DNA of 64,000 bases, from positions 1 to 64,000 of the forward strand of contig OY970355.1 in the NCBI GenBank assembly GCA_963718525.1, in the 5' to 3' direction. Under the pieces are notes generated by a model. It searched no databases. It saw nothing but the letters and a program-made list of their open reading frames with translations, and was not told the origin of the DNA. Positions 29,600 to 39,173 of the stretch are shown here, piece after piece. How positions within the stretch are numbered: position 1 is the first letter of the stretch; each line of letters opens with the position of its first letter. The DNA is from Candidatus Dormiibacterota bacterium. GTDB lineage: Bacteria > Chloroflexota > Dormibacteria > Aeolococcales > Aeolococcaceae. Made by a program: the position numbers and the translations under genes.

Positions 29600-30960
29600 C
29601 AGCCCTTGCTCACCGCATGCGCTAGACGATCGACTGCCTCACCGAATGCACGGCCACGCTCCTCGAAGTCGCCGAACTGGTCGAAGCTCTTGTATCCCGG
29701 GGCGAGCAGGACGACGTCACCGGCGCGGGCGAGCGACGCCGCGACCGCAACGGCGTCCTCGAGGGTCACCACCACCGTTCGGGCGGTGAAGTCCCGGCGT
29801 GCGAGCGCGTCGTCGAGCTCGGCCGCGCTCGCCCCGTTCAGCACCGCATGACGCGCCCGGACGACCACCTCGTCGGCGAGCGCCTCGATCGACGTGCCGG
29901 CGCCCTTGCCCCCGCCGATCCAGACGATCGTCCGGTCCGGGAACGAACGCAGCGCGGCCAGTGCGGATTCCACGTTCGTCGCCTTGCTGTCGTTGACCCA
30001 GAGCACGCCGTCCTGATCGCGAACGGTCTCGAGGCGATGCGGCACGGCGCGAAAGTCGCGCACCGCGCCGGCGATCGGTGAGGTCGTGACGCCGGCAGCG
30101 CGAGCCACCGCGGCGGCTGCAAGCACGTTCTGCAGGTTGTGCACTCCGAAGAGCGGAATGTCACCGACGGGGAGCACGGGCGTCTCGGCGTCGGCCCCGA
30201 CGATGACGACGTCCTCGCCTGCAACCGTCGCGCCATCGACGATGCCAGGGAGCAGGCCGAACTCGTGCACGCGGCACTGCGCCACGCTGGCCATGTGGCG
30301 CGTGACCGGGTCATCGAAGCCCAGGACCGCGTCATCGAGCGCGAACCGCACCAGGCGCCGCTTGGTCTCGGCGTATGCGGCGAAGTCACCGTGGCGGTCG
30401 AGGTGATCGGGAGTCACATTGAGAACGCAGGCGATCGCGCAACGGGGTTCGCGCACCAACTCGATCTGGAACGACGAGAGCTCGAGGACGACCCAGTCGG
30501 TGTCGCCGACCGCATCGAGGCGATCCAGCATGGTCATGCCGATGTTGCCGCCGAGGTGGACGCGTTCCCCGGCACGCTCGAGCATCGCGGCGACCAGGGC
30601 GGTGGTGGTCGTCTTGCCGTTGGTGCCGGTGATCCCGCAGATTCGAGCCCGGCAGCGTTCGAAGACGAGGTCCATCTCGCTGCGCACGGGCACGCCGTGT
30701 GCGCGCGCGATCTCGAGCTCTGGCGCATCCCAGGGCACACCCGGGCTCGGGCACACCATCAGCGCATCCGCAGCGACGTCGTCCGGATAGCCACCGAGGC
30801 GGACGTCGACGGTGTCCGGAAGCGTCGCGATGCGTTCGCGAATCGCCGGATTGTCAGAGCGATCGACGAGGACGACGGCGTGTCCCTCGCGAGCGAAGGT
30901 GGCGGCGCAGGCGAGCCCGCTGCGTCCCGCGCCGATCACCACGACCGGCTTGCGGGTCAC
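29599..30960 (-). CDS. murD: UDP-MurNAc-L-Ala--D-Glu ligase
   Basis: SPGVP, TGTNGKTTT, GGNIG, ELSSFQ, DHLDRH, NDSKATN, SFDQF. Confidence 0.96.
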   Translation of the reverse strand: MTRKPVVVIGAGRSGLACAATFAREGHAVVLVDRSDNPAIRERIATLPDTVDVRLGGYPDDVAADALMVCPSPGVPWDAPELEIARAHGVPVRSEMDLVFERCRARICGITGTNGKTTTTALVAAMLERAGERVHLGGNIGMTMLDRLDAVGDTDWVVLELSSFQIELVREPRCAIACVLNVTPDHLDRHGDFAAYAETKRRLVRFALDDAVLGFDDPVTRHMASVAQCRVHEFGLLPGIVDGATVAGEDVVIVGADAETPVLPVGDIPLFGVHNLQNVLAAAAVARAAGVTTSPIAGAVRDFRAVPHRLETVRDQDGVLWVNDSKATNVESALAALRSFPDRTIVWIGGGKGAGTSIEALADEVVVRARHAVLNGASAAELDDALARRDFTARTVVVTLEDAVAVAASLARAGDVVLLAPGYKSFDQFGDFEERGRAFGEAVDRLAHAVSKG

Positions 30961-31916
30961 GAGACCGGACCTGCGACGTGCGCGAACAGCACGGTGATGG
31001 CCGTACCGGCAGCCGCGGCCGCGGCGAAGGCGGCGACGAGCCGCCGCTCCCGGAGCCCGAGCTCCTCGAAGTGGTGATGGATGGGGCTCGCGCGCAACAC
31101 CCGCGTACCGAATCTGCGAATCGCGGTCACGTTGACGACGACGCTCGCCGCCTCGACGACGAACACGATGCCGAGCACCGGCAGCAGCCACAGCAGGTGG
31201 AGTTCGGTGGTGAGCGCGACGATCGCGCATCCCAGCGCCAGCGACCCGGCGTCGCCCATGAAGACGCGGGCGGGGAACCAGTTGAAGATCAGGAACGCGA
31301 CCACGGCGCCGGCGAGTGCCGCCGCGAGGAATGCGACCGCGAGGTCATCGCGCGTGACCGCGATGATCGCGATCCCGATGAACACCAGGGCCGTGCATGA
31401 CGCGGCCAGCCCGTCGACCCCATCGGTGAGGTTGACCGCGTTGCTCGTGGCCACCACGGCCATCGCCACCACGACCGCGAGCCCCCAGCCGAGGTTCGGC
31501 GCACCAAGCCCAGGGAAGAACTGGTGCGTGAATCCGGCAATGGTGAGCCCGATCCCCACGAGGACACCGGTGACACCCTGAAGGCTGAGCTTCTGCCACA
31601 CGGACAGCCCCATCCTGGTGACGTCCCTGATGTTGACGATGTCATCGAGCCCGCCGGCGATGGCCCCGGCGAGCAGCGCGAAGATCGCCACGAATCCCTC
31701 GCGGGAGCGATCGACCGCAAGCCACCCGATCAGCGCGATGAAGCAGAAGAGCGCGCCTCCGAGCGTGGGCGTTCCCTCCTTGGCGCGGTGGCTCGCCGGA
31801 CTGTAGGAGGCGACGTGCTGACGCGCCCCGAATCGGACGAGGAGTCCGATGTAGGCCGGATACAGCAGGACGCCGGCCACGAAGGCGAGCACCCCGACGA
31901 TGATGGTCTCTCTCAT
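30957..31916 (-). CDS. mraY: phospho-MurNAc-pentapeptide transferase
   Basis: KEGTPTLGG, DD, SNAVNLTDGVDGLA, VFMGDAGS, PIHHHFE. Confidence 0.95.
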   Translation of the reverse strand: MRETIIVGVLAFVAGVLLYPAYIGLLVRFGARQHVASYSPASHRAKEGTPTLGGALFCFIALIGWLAVDRSREGFVAIFALLAGAIAGGLDDIVNIRDVTRMGLSVWQKLSLQGVTGVLVGIGLTIAGFTHQFFPGLGAPNLGWGLAVVVAMAVVATSNAVNLTDGVDGLAASCTALVFIGIAIIAVTRDDLAVAFLAAALAGAVVAFLIFNWFPARVFMGDAGSLALGCAIVALTTELHLLWLLPVLGIVFVVEAASVVVNVTAIRRFGTRVLRASPIHHHFEELGLRERRLVAAFAAAAAAGTAITVLFAHVAGPVS

Positions 31917-33685
31917 GGCTCGATCCGCCAGTCGTCGATCATCATCTCGGCCATCTGCCTCCAGATCGGTGCGGCGAGGATCGAGCCGAAGCGGTTACCG
32001 GCGGCCACCTGGGGGTTGTTCAGGATCACCATCATGGTGAACTGCGGGTTGGTGGCCGGCATGAACCCGACGAACGAGGCCACGACGTTCGGGCCATAGC
32101 CTCCCCCATTCGGCAGCGCCACCTGGGCTGTCCCGGTCTTGCCGGCGATCTCCGCGCTGTAGCCGGGGATCTTGGCGCGCTTGCCCTCGGCACCGGGATC
32201 GTTGACCACACCGACCATCATGTGCGCGAGGGTATTCGCAGCGGTGGCCGAGATGACGCGGCGGGTCACGGGGACGAAGGGCGTGGTCTTGCCGGTGTTG
32301 GGGTTGACGATGTCATTGACGACGTGCGGCTGCACCCACACCCCGCCGTTGGCGATGGCGTTCACGGCGGCCAGCATCTGCACGGGCGTGGTCACGAGGC
32401 CCTGGCCGAACGTCGCCTCGGCGTACTTGAGGGCGCCCCAGGACGAGGAGGGAGCCAGCGGGTTGCTGACCTCGCCGGCCAGGTCGATCCCGGTCGGTGC
32501 GCCGATACCGAAGGCGAGGAGGTTGTTGTAGAAGGCGTTCTGCCCCTCCATCTTCATGGCATCGATCGCGCCGTTGTTCAACGAATCGTCGAGCACCCAC
32601 TGCATGCTGACGTTGCCGTGCGAGCGCCGGTCCCAGTCATGGATGAGATATCCATCGATGCGCTGCTGCTTCTCGTCGATCACCGTGGCCGGCGTGAAGG
32701 CGTTGTTGTTGAGGCCACCCGCGAAGGTGACGACCTTCATGATCGACCCGGGTTCGTATGGCTGGCTCACCGCCAGGTCCCGGAAGTCGGCGATGTTGCC
32801 GGATGTGTAGGTGTTCGCGTTGTACGACGGGTACTGCGCCCACGCGTCAATGGCCCCCGTCTTGGTATCCATGATCATCAGCGTGCCCGACGAGGACTTG
32901 GATGAGATCACGCCGTCGGCGAGCGCCAGGTCGGCCCAGTACTGCGTTTGCGAGTCGAGCCCGAGCTGCAGGTTATCGCCATTTGCGGCAGGAACCATCT
33001 GCTGCTGACCGAGTACGATGGCGTTGCCGTTGACGTCGGTCAAGGTCAACTCATGTCCATTCACGCCTGACAGGATCGAGTTGTAGTACCCCTCGAGACC
33101 GTACTGGCCGACACCGGCGGCGTTCACGAACCCGAGCAGGTTCGCCGCGAAGGAGTCACCCGGAACGGGTGAGGGCTCGTAGACGGTCTGCTCTGATGGG
33201 ATTGTCCCCAGGCCACTGAGTCCGAGCGCCTGGAGCTTGTCGTTGACGTCCTGGGACACACCCTTCGCGAGGTAGTCGAATTGGTTGGGCTGATCCAGCA
33301 CACGCAGCACCTGCGCCGAGGTGACCTGTAGGATCGGGGCGAGCATCCCCGCAACCTGGTCGCGATTGGCGGCGGGGATGAGGGCCGGGTCGGCGAACAC
33401 GTCGAACACCTGGACATTGCTCACCAGGACCCGCCCATTCCGGTCGAGGATCACACCGCGCGTCGCGTGCAGCGTGATCGATGTCGTGTGCGACGCGGCG
33501 GCAGCGTGCGCGAGCGCCTTTCCCTGGATGATCTGGACCTGGATCAGGCGGCCGAACACCGCGGTTGCCATGGCGAGAAAGGCGAGGACCAACCAGAGCC
33601 CGCGCCGGCGCAGATCGGGTCCGTCAGTGAAGGCGTGCGCGTGCGCGGATCGTGCCGATCCCGGCGATCGGCGACGCGGGTTCAT
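31913..33685 (-). CDS. ftsI: class B penicillin-binding protein (FtsI/PBP3-like)
   Basis: N-terminal TM, RGVILDRNG, GLEGYYN, YEPGSIMK (SxxK), SLN (SxN), GKTGTAQ. Confidence 0.9.
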   Translation of the reverse strand: MNPRRRSPGSARSAHAHAFTDGPDLRRRGLWLVLAFLAMATAVFGRLIQVQIIQGKALAHAAAASHTTSITLHATRGVILDRNGRVLVSNVQVFDVFADPALIPAANRDQVAGMLAPILQVTSAQVLRVLDQPNQFDYLAKGVSQDVNDKLQALGLSGLGTIPSEQTVYEPSPVPGDSFAANLLGFVNAAGVGQYGLEGYYNSILSGVNGHELTLTDVNGNAIVLGQQQMVPAANGDNLQLGLDSQTQYWADLALADGVISSKSSSGTLMIMDTKTGAIDAWAQYPSYNANTYTSGNIADFRDLAVSQPYEPGSIMKVVTFAGGLNNNAFTPATVIDEKQQRIDGYLIHDWDRRSHGNVSMQWVLDDSLNNGAIDAMKMEGQNAFYNNLLAFGIGAPTGIDLAGEVSNPLAPSSSWGALKYAEATFGQGLVTTPVQMLAAVNAIANGGVWVQPHVVNDIVNPNTGKTTPFVPVTRRVISATAANTLAHMMVGVVNDPGAEGKRAKIPGYSAEIAGKTGTAQVALPNGGGYGPNVVASFVGFMPATNPQFTMMVILNNPQVAAGNRFGSILAAPIWRQMAEMMIDDWRIEP

Positions 33686-34179
33686 CGACCCGTACCGCTC
33701 CCGCCGAAGGCGCCATCAAGGGCGCCCACCAGCTGCTGCAAGGCGCTGTTCGTGTCGCTCCCGGTCAGCTGTTCCGCGGGAGGCGACGTGATCACCGTGT
33801 TGGGCGCAGCGGCGACGAATCCCCACTTTGCAGCCGGGCGCATGCCCATCTCCTGCGCTGCGGCGATGATCCGCTCGGACAACTCGAGGCGCGAGAGCTC
33901 GGCGTTGAGCTGAGAGTTCTGAGCGACAAGTTGTTGCTGCTGCGACGCGAGCCGCGTCGCCTGATACGTGGCAGTCGTGACGTGCGCCGTCTGGTTGACG
34001 TAGGCGACGCCGATTCCCGCGGCGACCGCGATCACCGGCAGCAACGGCAGCGGTGTGCGTGGTCCGCCGCGGCGGATGCGAAGCCGCCGAACCAGCGGCT
34101 CGAAGGGGACGTCGTCGACGCCGGCAGCCGTCGGAGTCGACGCGCGGTCGACGCCGTGTGCGAAACGCAAATTGGGCAC
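33682..34179 (-). CDS. ftsL: FtsL-like cell division protein
   Basis: one TM then coiled coil (LVAQNSQLNAELSRLE..ERIIAAAQEMGM); between rsmH and ftsI. Confidence 0.65.
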   Translation of the reverse strand: MPNLRFAHGVDRASTPTAAGVDDVPFEPLVRRLRIRRGGPRTPLPLLPVIAVAAGIGVAYVNQTAHVTTATYQATRLASQQQQLVAQNSQLNAELSRLELSERIIAAAQEMGMRPAAKWGFVAAAPNTVITSPPAEQLTGSDTNSALQQLVGALDGAFGGSGTGR

Positions 34180-34260
34180 TGCCCTGGTCTCCAGTGGTGA
34201 AACGTTGAGTGGGACGATGGAGGGGCACCCGACGGTGCCGGCCGGCGAACGCGGGGTGGC

Positions 34261-34291
34261 GGGGGGAGCCGCGCCTGGCGCGGCTCCCCCC
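34261..34291. repeat. perfect 15-bp inverted repeat in the rsmH-ftsL gap
   Basis: GGGGGGAGCCGCGCC-T-GGCGCGGCTCCCCCC. Confidence 0.85.
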
Positions 34292-34329
34292 TGGGGCGCG
34301 AAGTGAGGCGAAAGCGACTGAGGCGCTCG

Positions 34330-35346
34330 TCACCCCTCGGTGGCGAGCTTCTCCGCAACCCGCAGACGGGCCGAGCGTGACCTCGGGTTCGTGGCAAGTT
34401 CGGCCGGATCCGGCCGAATCACCTTGCGGGTGAGGAGAAAAAGAGTGGCCCGGTGGACGCAGGTGCAGTGGGGCTGTTGGGGCGGACAGACACAATTCTG
34501 AGCTGCGACGTGGAGTGCGTTCTTGACAAGGGTGTCCTCGAGAGAGTGAAAGGAGATGACCCCAAGACGCCCACCGGGCCGGAGGATGCTGATTGCTGCC
34601 TGCAGACCTCGTTCGAGGCTTTCCAGCTCGTGATTCACCGCGATGCGGAGCGCCTGGAATGTGCGCGTCGCCGGATGAATCCGCTTCGGCCAGAACCGCC
34701 GAGGCACCACCTGCTCCACGAGCTCACGGAGCTGCGTGGTGGTGGTGATCGGCGAGTGCTCTCGTGCTCTGACGATCCGGTTGGCGATCGATCGTGCGAA
34801 TCGCTCGTCGCCGTAGTCTCGGATCATCGATGTCAGCTCGTCCGCGGTGAGCGAGTCGACGAGATGGGCGGCGGTCATGCCGGAGCTCGGATTCATGCGC
34901 ATGTCGAGCGGCCCGTCGAAGCGGAAGCTGAAACCACGGGCCGGGTCGTCGAGCTGGAGCGACGAGATGCCGAGGTCGAAGACGACGACGTCCGCTGCCG
35001 TCACGCCGGTGGCGTGGACGATGGCCTCGAGGTCGGCGAAATCACCCTGGACGATCTCGACGTCGTCGCGGCCGCCGAGGCGGGCGCGGCCAGCGTCGAC
35101 AGCGCTCTGATCGCGATCGATCGCGATCACCCGGCCGCCCGGGGAGACGCGCTCGAGGAGCGCGGACGTGACCCCGCCGGCGCCGAACGTGGCGTCGACG
35201 GCAATCTGCCCGGGCCGGGGCTGCAGGCTCTCTATGAGGGGTGTGAGAAGGACCGGCCGGTGGCCCGCGCCGTCAGGCGACGGGATACCGGGCGTGGCGC
35301 CGTCGCGAGTCCCCGTGCCGGCCACGAACAACAGGGGGATGGTCAT
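34330..35346 (-). CDS. rsmH: 16S rRNA m4C1402 methyltransferase
   Basis: HRPVLL, DATFGAGG, DLGISSLQLD..RGFSF..GPLDMRM, FQALRIAVN, SFHSLED, NPRSRSARLR. Confidence 0.96.
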   Translation of the reverse strand: MTIPLLFVAGTGTRDGATPGIPSPDGAGHRPVLLTPLIESLQPRPGQIAVDATFGAGGVTSALLERVSPGGRVIAIDRDQSAVDAGRARLGGRDDVEIVQGDFADLEAIVHATGVTAADVVVFDLGISSLQLDDPARGFSFRFDGPLDMRMNPSSGMTAAHLVDSLTADELTSMIRDYGDERFARSIANRIVRAREHSPITTTTQLRELVEQVVPRRFWPKRIHPATRTFQALRIAVNHELESLERGLQAAISILRPGGRLGVISFHSLEDTLVKNALHVAAQNCVCPPQQPHCTCVHRATLFLLTRKVIRPDPAELATNPRSRSARLRVAEKLATEG

Positions 35347-35373
35347 GTGGCTCTGCGAATCCGTCTGGGGCGC

Positions 35374-35829
35374 TCACGCCGGAGACGGAGATGCGGACGT
35401 GCCGCGCTGGTGCACCAGGTCCCAGACCTGGGTGAACTCGTCGGGGTCCAGCTCGGATTGCTGGTTCCAGATTTCCTCGGCGGTGATCTCGACGCCGGTG
35501 TCGAGCCCGACGAAGACAGCCATGTCGGCGATCTGGGCGAAAGCCCGGTGGTGGCCCGAGAGGAGCAGGCGACCCTGCGCGTCGAGCTCGAAGGGGTAGC
35601 TGTTGCCGGTGAGCCGGCGCATGAACCGCCGTTCCTGGGCGGGCGTCTCAGCGGTGCGACGGAAGAGCTCCTTCTGGATCGCCCACTCATCGGGGGGCCA
35701 GATCATGAGACGCCGATCCGGCCCTGGGGCGACCACGCTGCCGTCGGGAAGGAATCGGCGCAGCGGGGCAGGGATCGCTACCCTTCCCTTCTCATCGACA
35801 TGGTGCCGGTAGGTTCCACAGAACGTCAC
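35374..35829 (-). CDS. mraZ: division/cell wall cluster regulator MraZ
   Basis: FCGTY.H.VDEKGRVAIP and LDAQGRLL (two DxxGR AbrB-like repeats); GAGGT SD before GTG 35829. Confidence 0.9.
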   Translation of the reverse strand: MTFCGTYRHHVDEKGRVAIPAPLRRFLPDGSVVAPGPDRRLMIWPPDEWAIQKELFRRTAETPAQERRFMRRLTGNSYPFELDAQGRLLLSGHHRAFAQIADMAVFVGLDTGVEITAEEIWNQQSELDPDEFTQVWDLVHQRGTSASPSPA

Positions 35830-35887
35830 CGGAACACGCACCTCGACTCGCGCCTGCTCGAGCCTCTCCGTCGTCACGTCGGTTTCC

Positions 35888-35928
35888 CCACTACTCACCA
35901 CTTTTCTCCACCGGCGCGCCGAACCCTA
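35888..35928 (-). promoter_or_regulatory. dcw promoter with MraZ boxes
   Basis: minus strand GTGG repeated three times at a 10-nt period (GTGGagaaaaGTGGtgagtaGTGG), downstream of TGT-TAGGGT -10. Confidence 0.75.
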
Positions 35929-35991
35929 ACACCTGTGTGGTGAGGCGTCAACGCAAACAAATGTACGCATCACGCCTGCGCGGAACGGTCG

Positions 35992-36714
35992 TCAGACGTC
36001 GAATCGAGGCGTTTCGTTGAGCAGGGTGGACAGGTCGGCTCCGCCGGTGACCTCGGTGGGATCGCCGCCTCGCCGGAAGAGGAGCGCCCCACCTGTCCCC
36101 CGGAGGTGCATCGCCGGGCCGTCGACCTCCAGCCAGCTCTGCTCGCGAAGCGCAATGACACAGGCGTCGTTCTCCTCGAGGAACTCCCGCAGACGCTCCT
36201 CGCGGGTCTCGCCGATGCGTGCCTCGGGCGGTGGCGGATCGATGTAGTGGGGGTTGATCTGGAAGGGCACCAGGTCGAACGCCGCGAAGCTCGGCGGCTG
36301 CACGATGGGCATGTCGTTGGTGGTTCGGATCGTCGGGCATGCGACGTTGGCTCCCGCGCTGGCGCCGATGTACGGGACGCCACCGTCGATCGCGGATCGA
36401 ACGGTCTCGATCAACGAGAGTCGGTGCAGCGCGTTGACCAGCCGGAAGCTGTTGCCGCCGGTCACGAAGATCGCCTCGGCGGCCGCGATCGCCGCTTGGG
36501 GATCGTCAGCGGCATGGATCCCGGTGATCTCGACACCCTCCGGTGCGAGCCACTCCTGGAATCGCTCGGTGGCGCGATCATGGTCGCTCTGCGCGTACGG
36601 GATCATCACCGCCCGGCGTGCGCCGCGCAGATGCTCGACCACCGATGATCGAGCGGATCTGGCATCACCGCCGGCGTGCAGCAGCAACCGTCTGTGCATG
36701 AGCGCGATCTCCAT
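35992..36714 (-). CDS. pepE: dipeptidase E (peptidase S51)
   Basis: IPYA, GGNSFRL, YIGASAGANVACPTIRTTNDMPIV, QINPHY, GETREERLREF. Confidence 0.92.
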   Translation of the reverse strand: MEIALMHRRLLLHAGGDARSARSSVVEHLRGARRAVMIPYAQSDHDRATERFQEWLAPEGVEITGIHAADDPQAAIAAAEAIFVTGGNSFRLVNALHRLSLIETVRSAIDGGVPYIGASAGANVACPTIRTTNDMPIVQPPSFAAFDLVPFQINPHYIDPPPPEARIGETREERLREFLEENDACVIALREQSWLEVDGPAMHLRGTGGALLFRRGGDPTEVTGGADLSTLLNETPRFDV

Positions 36715-36760
36715 GGCGAGGGTGGCGTGGACGAGCAGGCCCAGAGGATAAACTCGAGTG

Positions 36761-37135
36761 GCAAGCCGGCCAGACGGTCGCGGACGTTCGCGTCCGAGGA
36801 AAGTCCGGGCTCCGCAGAGCAGGGCGCTGGGTAACGCCCAGTCGGGGTGACCCGAAGGAGAGTGCCACAGAAAAGACACAGCCCCGGATCCGTCCGGGGC
36901 AATGGTGAAATGGTGGGGTAAGAGCCCACCGGCGGCCGGGTGACCGGCCGGCCAGGTAAACCCCGCCCGGAGCAAGGCCGAACAGAGACCGAGCGCTTCG
37001 GCGCTCAGGAGTTGCTCGCTCCCCGTGTCTCAGGTGGGCCGCTCGAGGCGCCGGGCAACCGGCGTCCCAGATGGATGACCGTCCCTCGCCTGCCGCGCAG
37101 ATGAGGACAGAACCCGGCTTATCGGCCGGCTTGCA
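36761..37135 (+). ncRNA. rnpB: RNase P RNA (bacterial type A)
   Basis: GAGGAAAGTCCGGGCT, AGTGCCACAGAAA, GGTAAACCCC, ACAGAACCCGGCTTAT; P1 GCAAGCCGGCC pairs with GGCCGGCTTGC; TAAACT -10 at 36749-36754. Confidence 0.97.
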
Positions 37136-37141
37136 CTTCCT

Positions 37142-38038
37142 TCACGAGCCCAGCAGCTGTGCGACTGTCGCCTCGCCGTTGCTCAGCAGCCCCGCCGCCG
37201 GCAGCCGTTGCAGGAGCTCACGCCAACCCGGTTCGCGCGTGGCGATATCGGCGAGCAGTGCCTTTCCGTCCTCCACCCGGCCCGCGTCGGCCATGAGAAT
37301 CGCCGCCCAGAAGGTCGCCTCGTCGTTGCCGGTGAGGAGCGTGCGCGCCTGCTCGTACGCCTCGAGGCTCCCACTCATGTCTCCTGCGACCTGTCGCTGC
37401 TCGGCGATCTCCATGCGCTGGTAGCCACGATGCACGCAGAGCAGACGCCGCAGCTCACCGAGCGGGTCCTGCGCATCGTCGACGCGCAGGTCGACGACGC
37501 GATCCTGCCATGGTTGGCCGGAACTTGAGGCCCTGACGATCAGCATGGCCGCCGACTGACGGCCGCGGATGTCCCCGCCGGCCGCTTCGGCGGCATCGAG
37601 GGCTGCCATCAGCCGATCAGCAAGGTCGCCACTCGTTGCGCGGTACGCCTCGAGCATCGCCGGCCAGACCTCCGGGCCGCGCATCATGTTCGCCTGGCAC
37701 GACACCGCGTCGCCGGTCACGTGTCCGGCGGCCGCAATGCACTGGTCGCCGGTGTGCACGGCGACACGTCCCGCCGCATCGACGAATGCAACCTGGCGGT
37801 GGCGCTGGTCGGAGTCCGCACTGGTCAGCGCTGCAAGCGCGGTCGCCGGGTCGACGCCGAGGCGCATGAGCGCCAGGCCTCGGGGCCCGTATGCTGGCTC
37901 CGCAATCGACTGCGTCGCGATCGCGCCGACGCCGGACTCCGCCCAGGTGACGACCGACCCCACCGAGAACCAGTGCGATTGCACAGCGACGCCCAGGTCG
38001 CCGGTCTGCGCGTCTCGCGCCACGATCGAATAGGTCAT
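37142..38038 (-). CDS. DUF1028 family Ntn-hydrolase-like protein
   Basis: MTYSIVARD..TGDLGVAVQS, GAIATQ, GGDIRGRQSAA, DLRVDD..PLGEL.RL. Confidence 0.9.
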   Translation of the reverse strand: MTYSIVARDAQTGDLGVAVQSHWFSVGSVVTWAESGVGAIATQSIAEPAYGPRGLALMRLGVDPATALAALTSADSDQRHRQVAFVDAAGRVAVHTGDQCIAAAGHVTGDAVSCQANMMRGPEVWPAMLEAYRATSGDLADRLMAALDAAEAAGGDIRGRQSAAMLIVRASSSGQPWQDRVVDLRVDDAQDPLGELRRLLCVHRGYQRMEIAEQRQVAGDMSGSLEAYEQARTLLTGNDEATFWAAILMADAGRVEDGKALLADIATREPGWRELLQRLPAAGLLSNGEATVAQLLGS

Positions 38039-38481
38039 TGCGCCCTGCCTCCGCCGCTGCGAGCGGCCATGATCCGCTGTGTCTCCTCCACCGCGAGGCT
38101 GTCAACTCGTTCGTTGCCAGGGTGGCCGCTGTGGCCGCGAACGTGCTCGAAACGAACCCGAGAGTCGACGAGCGGGTCGATGGTCGGATAGAGGTCGAGG
38201 TTCTTCTTGCGCTTCCACGCCCGGGTCAGCCAGTTGATGACACCGAGACTATCGGTGCGCACGACGATCCGCCAGGAGGGGTCGTCACCGATACGCGCTC
38301 GAATGCGGCGCAGGGCTTCCCGAACCGCCTTCAGCTCCTCGCGATTGTTGGTCGTCTCGATGTCGCCGCCTGCGTCCTCATCGACGCCGCCGTCAGGCCA
38401 CTCGATCCGGTAGGCCCACGCCCCGGCACCCGGGTTCCCGGAGCATGCTCCGTCGGTGTACGCAATCACCGTCGCGGTCAT
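38035..38481 (-). CDS. rnhA: ribonuclease HI
   Basis: YTDGACSGNPG, TTNNREEL, TDS, HVRGHSGHPGNERVD.LA. Confidence 0.93.
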   Translation of the reverse strand: MTATVIAYTDGACSGNPGAGAWAYRIEWPDGGVDEDAGGDIETTNNREELKAVREALRRIRARIGDDPSWRIVVRTDSLGVINWLTRAWKRKKNLDLYPTIDPLVDSRVRFEHVRGHSGHPGNERVDSLAVEETQRIMAARSGGGRAQ

Positions 38482-39173
38482 GGCGCGAGGATGCGATCGC
38501 AATTCGCGCACTGCGTCAGCCCGGTGCCGGTGCGCACCGCGCGCCGCTCCTCGTTCGACACCGGCATGTGGCAGCCCGCGCAGAACTCGCCCGCGAGATG
38601 GGTGACGGCCGGACGCCGATGAGCCGCAATCCGTTCGTAGAGCGAGAGATCGGCAGGGTCCACATCGGCGCGCACAGCATCCCGTTCGGCAGTGAGCACC
38701 TGGCGCTCTGCGGTCGTCGCCGCAAGACGTGCACGCAGTGGCTCGATCGCGCCGCTGCGCTGCGCTTCGCGCTCGGCGAGATTTGCGGAGACGTTCTGCA
38801 GCGTCGCGAGCGATCCGTCAACCTCCTCCATGCGTTCGAGCGCGGCGTCCTCGGCTGTCGACAATCTGCTGCGCATCGCGTCCAGCTCGCGCTGCATCTC
38901 CATCAGCTCGGCGGGGTTGCGCACCGTGCCGCCGTAGAGTTTCCGGTCCAGCTCTCGAATGCGCTCCTGGAGCGAGGCGGCCTCGAGCTCGGCGAGCCGT
39001 GCGCTCGCGCCGAGCTTCTGATGTTCGTCGCGGGCTGTGGCTTCCGCAGCCCGCATGCGATCGAGTTCCGCATCCCCTTCCAGTGATGCCTGGACGCCGG
39101 CGATGTCATGGGTGAGGGTCGCGATTCGATCGTCGATCTGCTGCAGGCTCAGGAGCGCCGACGCGCGACTCAT
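38478..39173 (-). CDS. coiled-coil protein with C4 zinc ribbon (DUF164/CT398-like)
   Basis: LLSLQQID start, long coiled coil, CAGCH...CANCDRIL. Confidence 0.88.
   Translation of the reverse strand: MSRASALLSLQQIDDRIATLTHDIAGVQASLEGDAELDRMRAAEATARDEHQKLGASARLAELEAASLQERIRELDRKLYGGTVRNPAELMEMQRELDAMRSRLSTAEDAALERMEEVDGSLATLQNVSANLAEREAQRSGAIEPLRARLAATTAERQVLTAERDAVRADVDPADLSLYERIAAHRRPAVTHLAGEFCAGCHMPVSNEERRAVRTGTGLTQCANCDRILAP

Noticed and set aside
35992-36975. pepE N-terminal extension overlapping rnpB
   Set aside because: Open frame antisense to the RNase P RNA; PepE similarity begins near 36714
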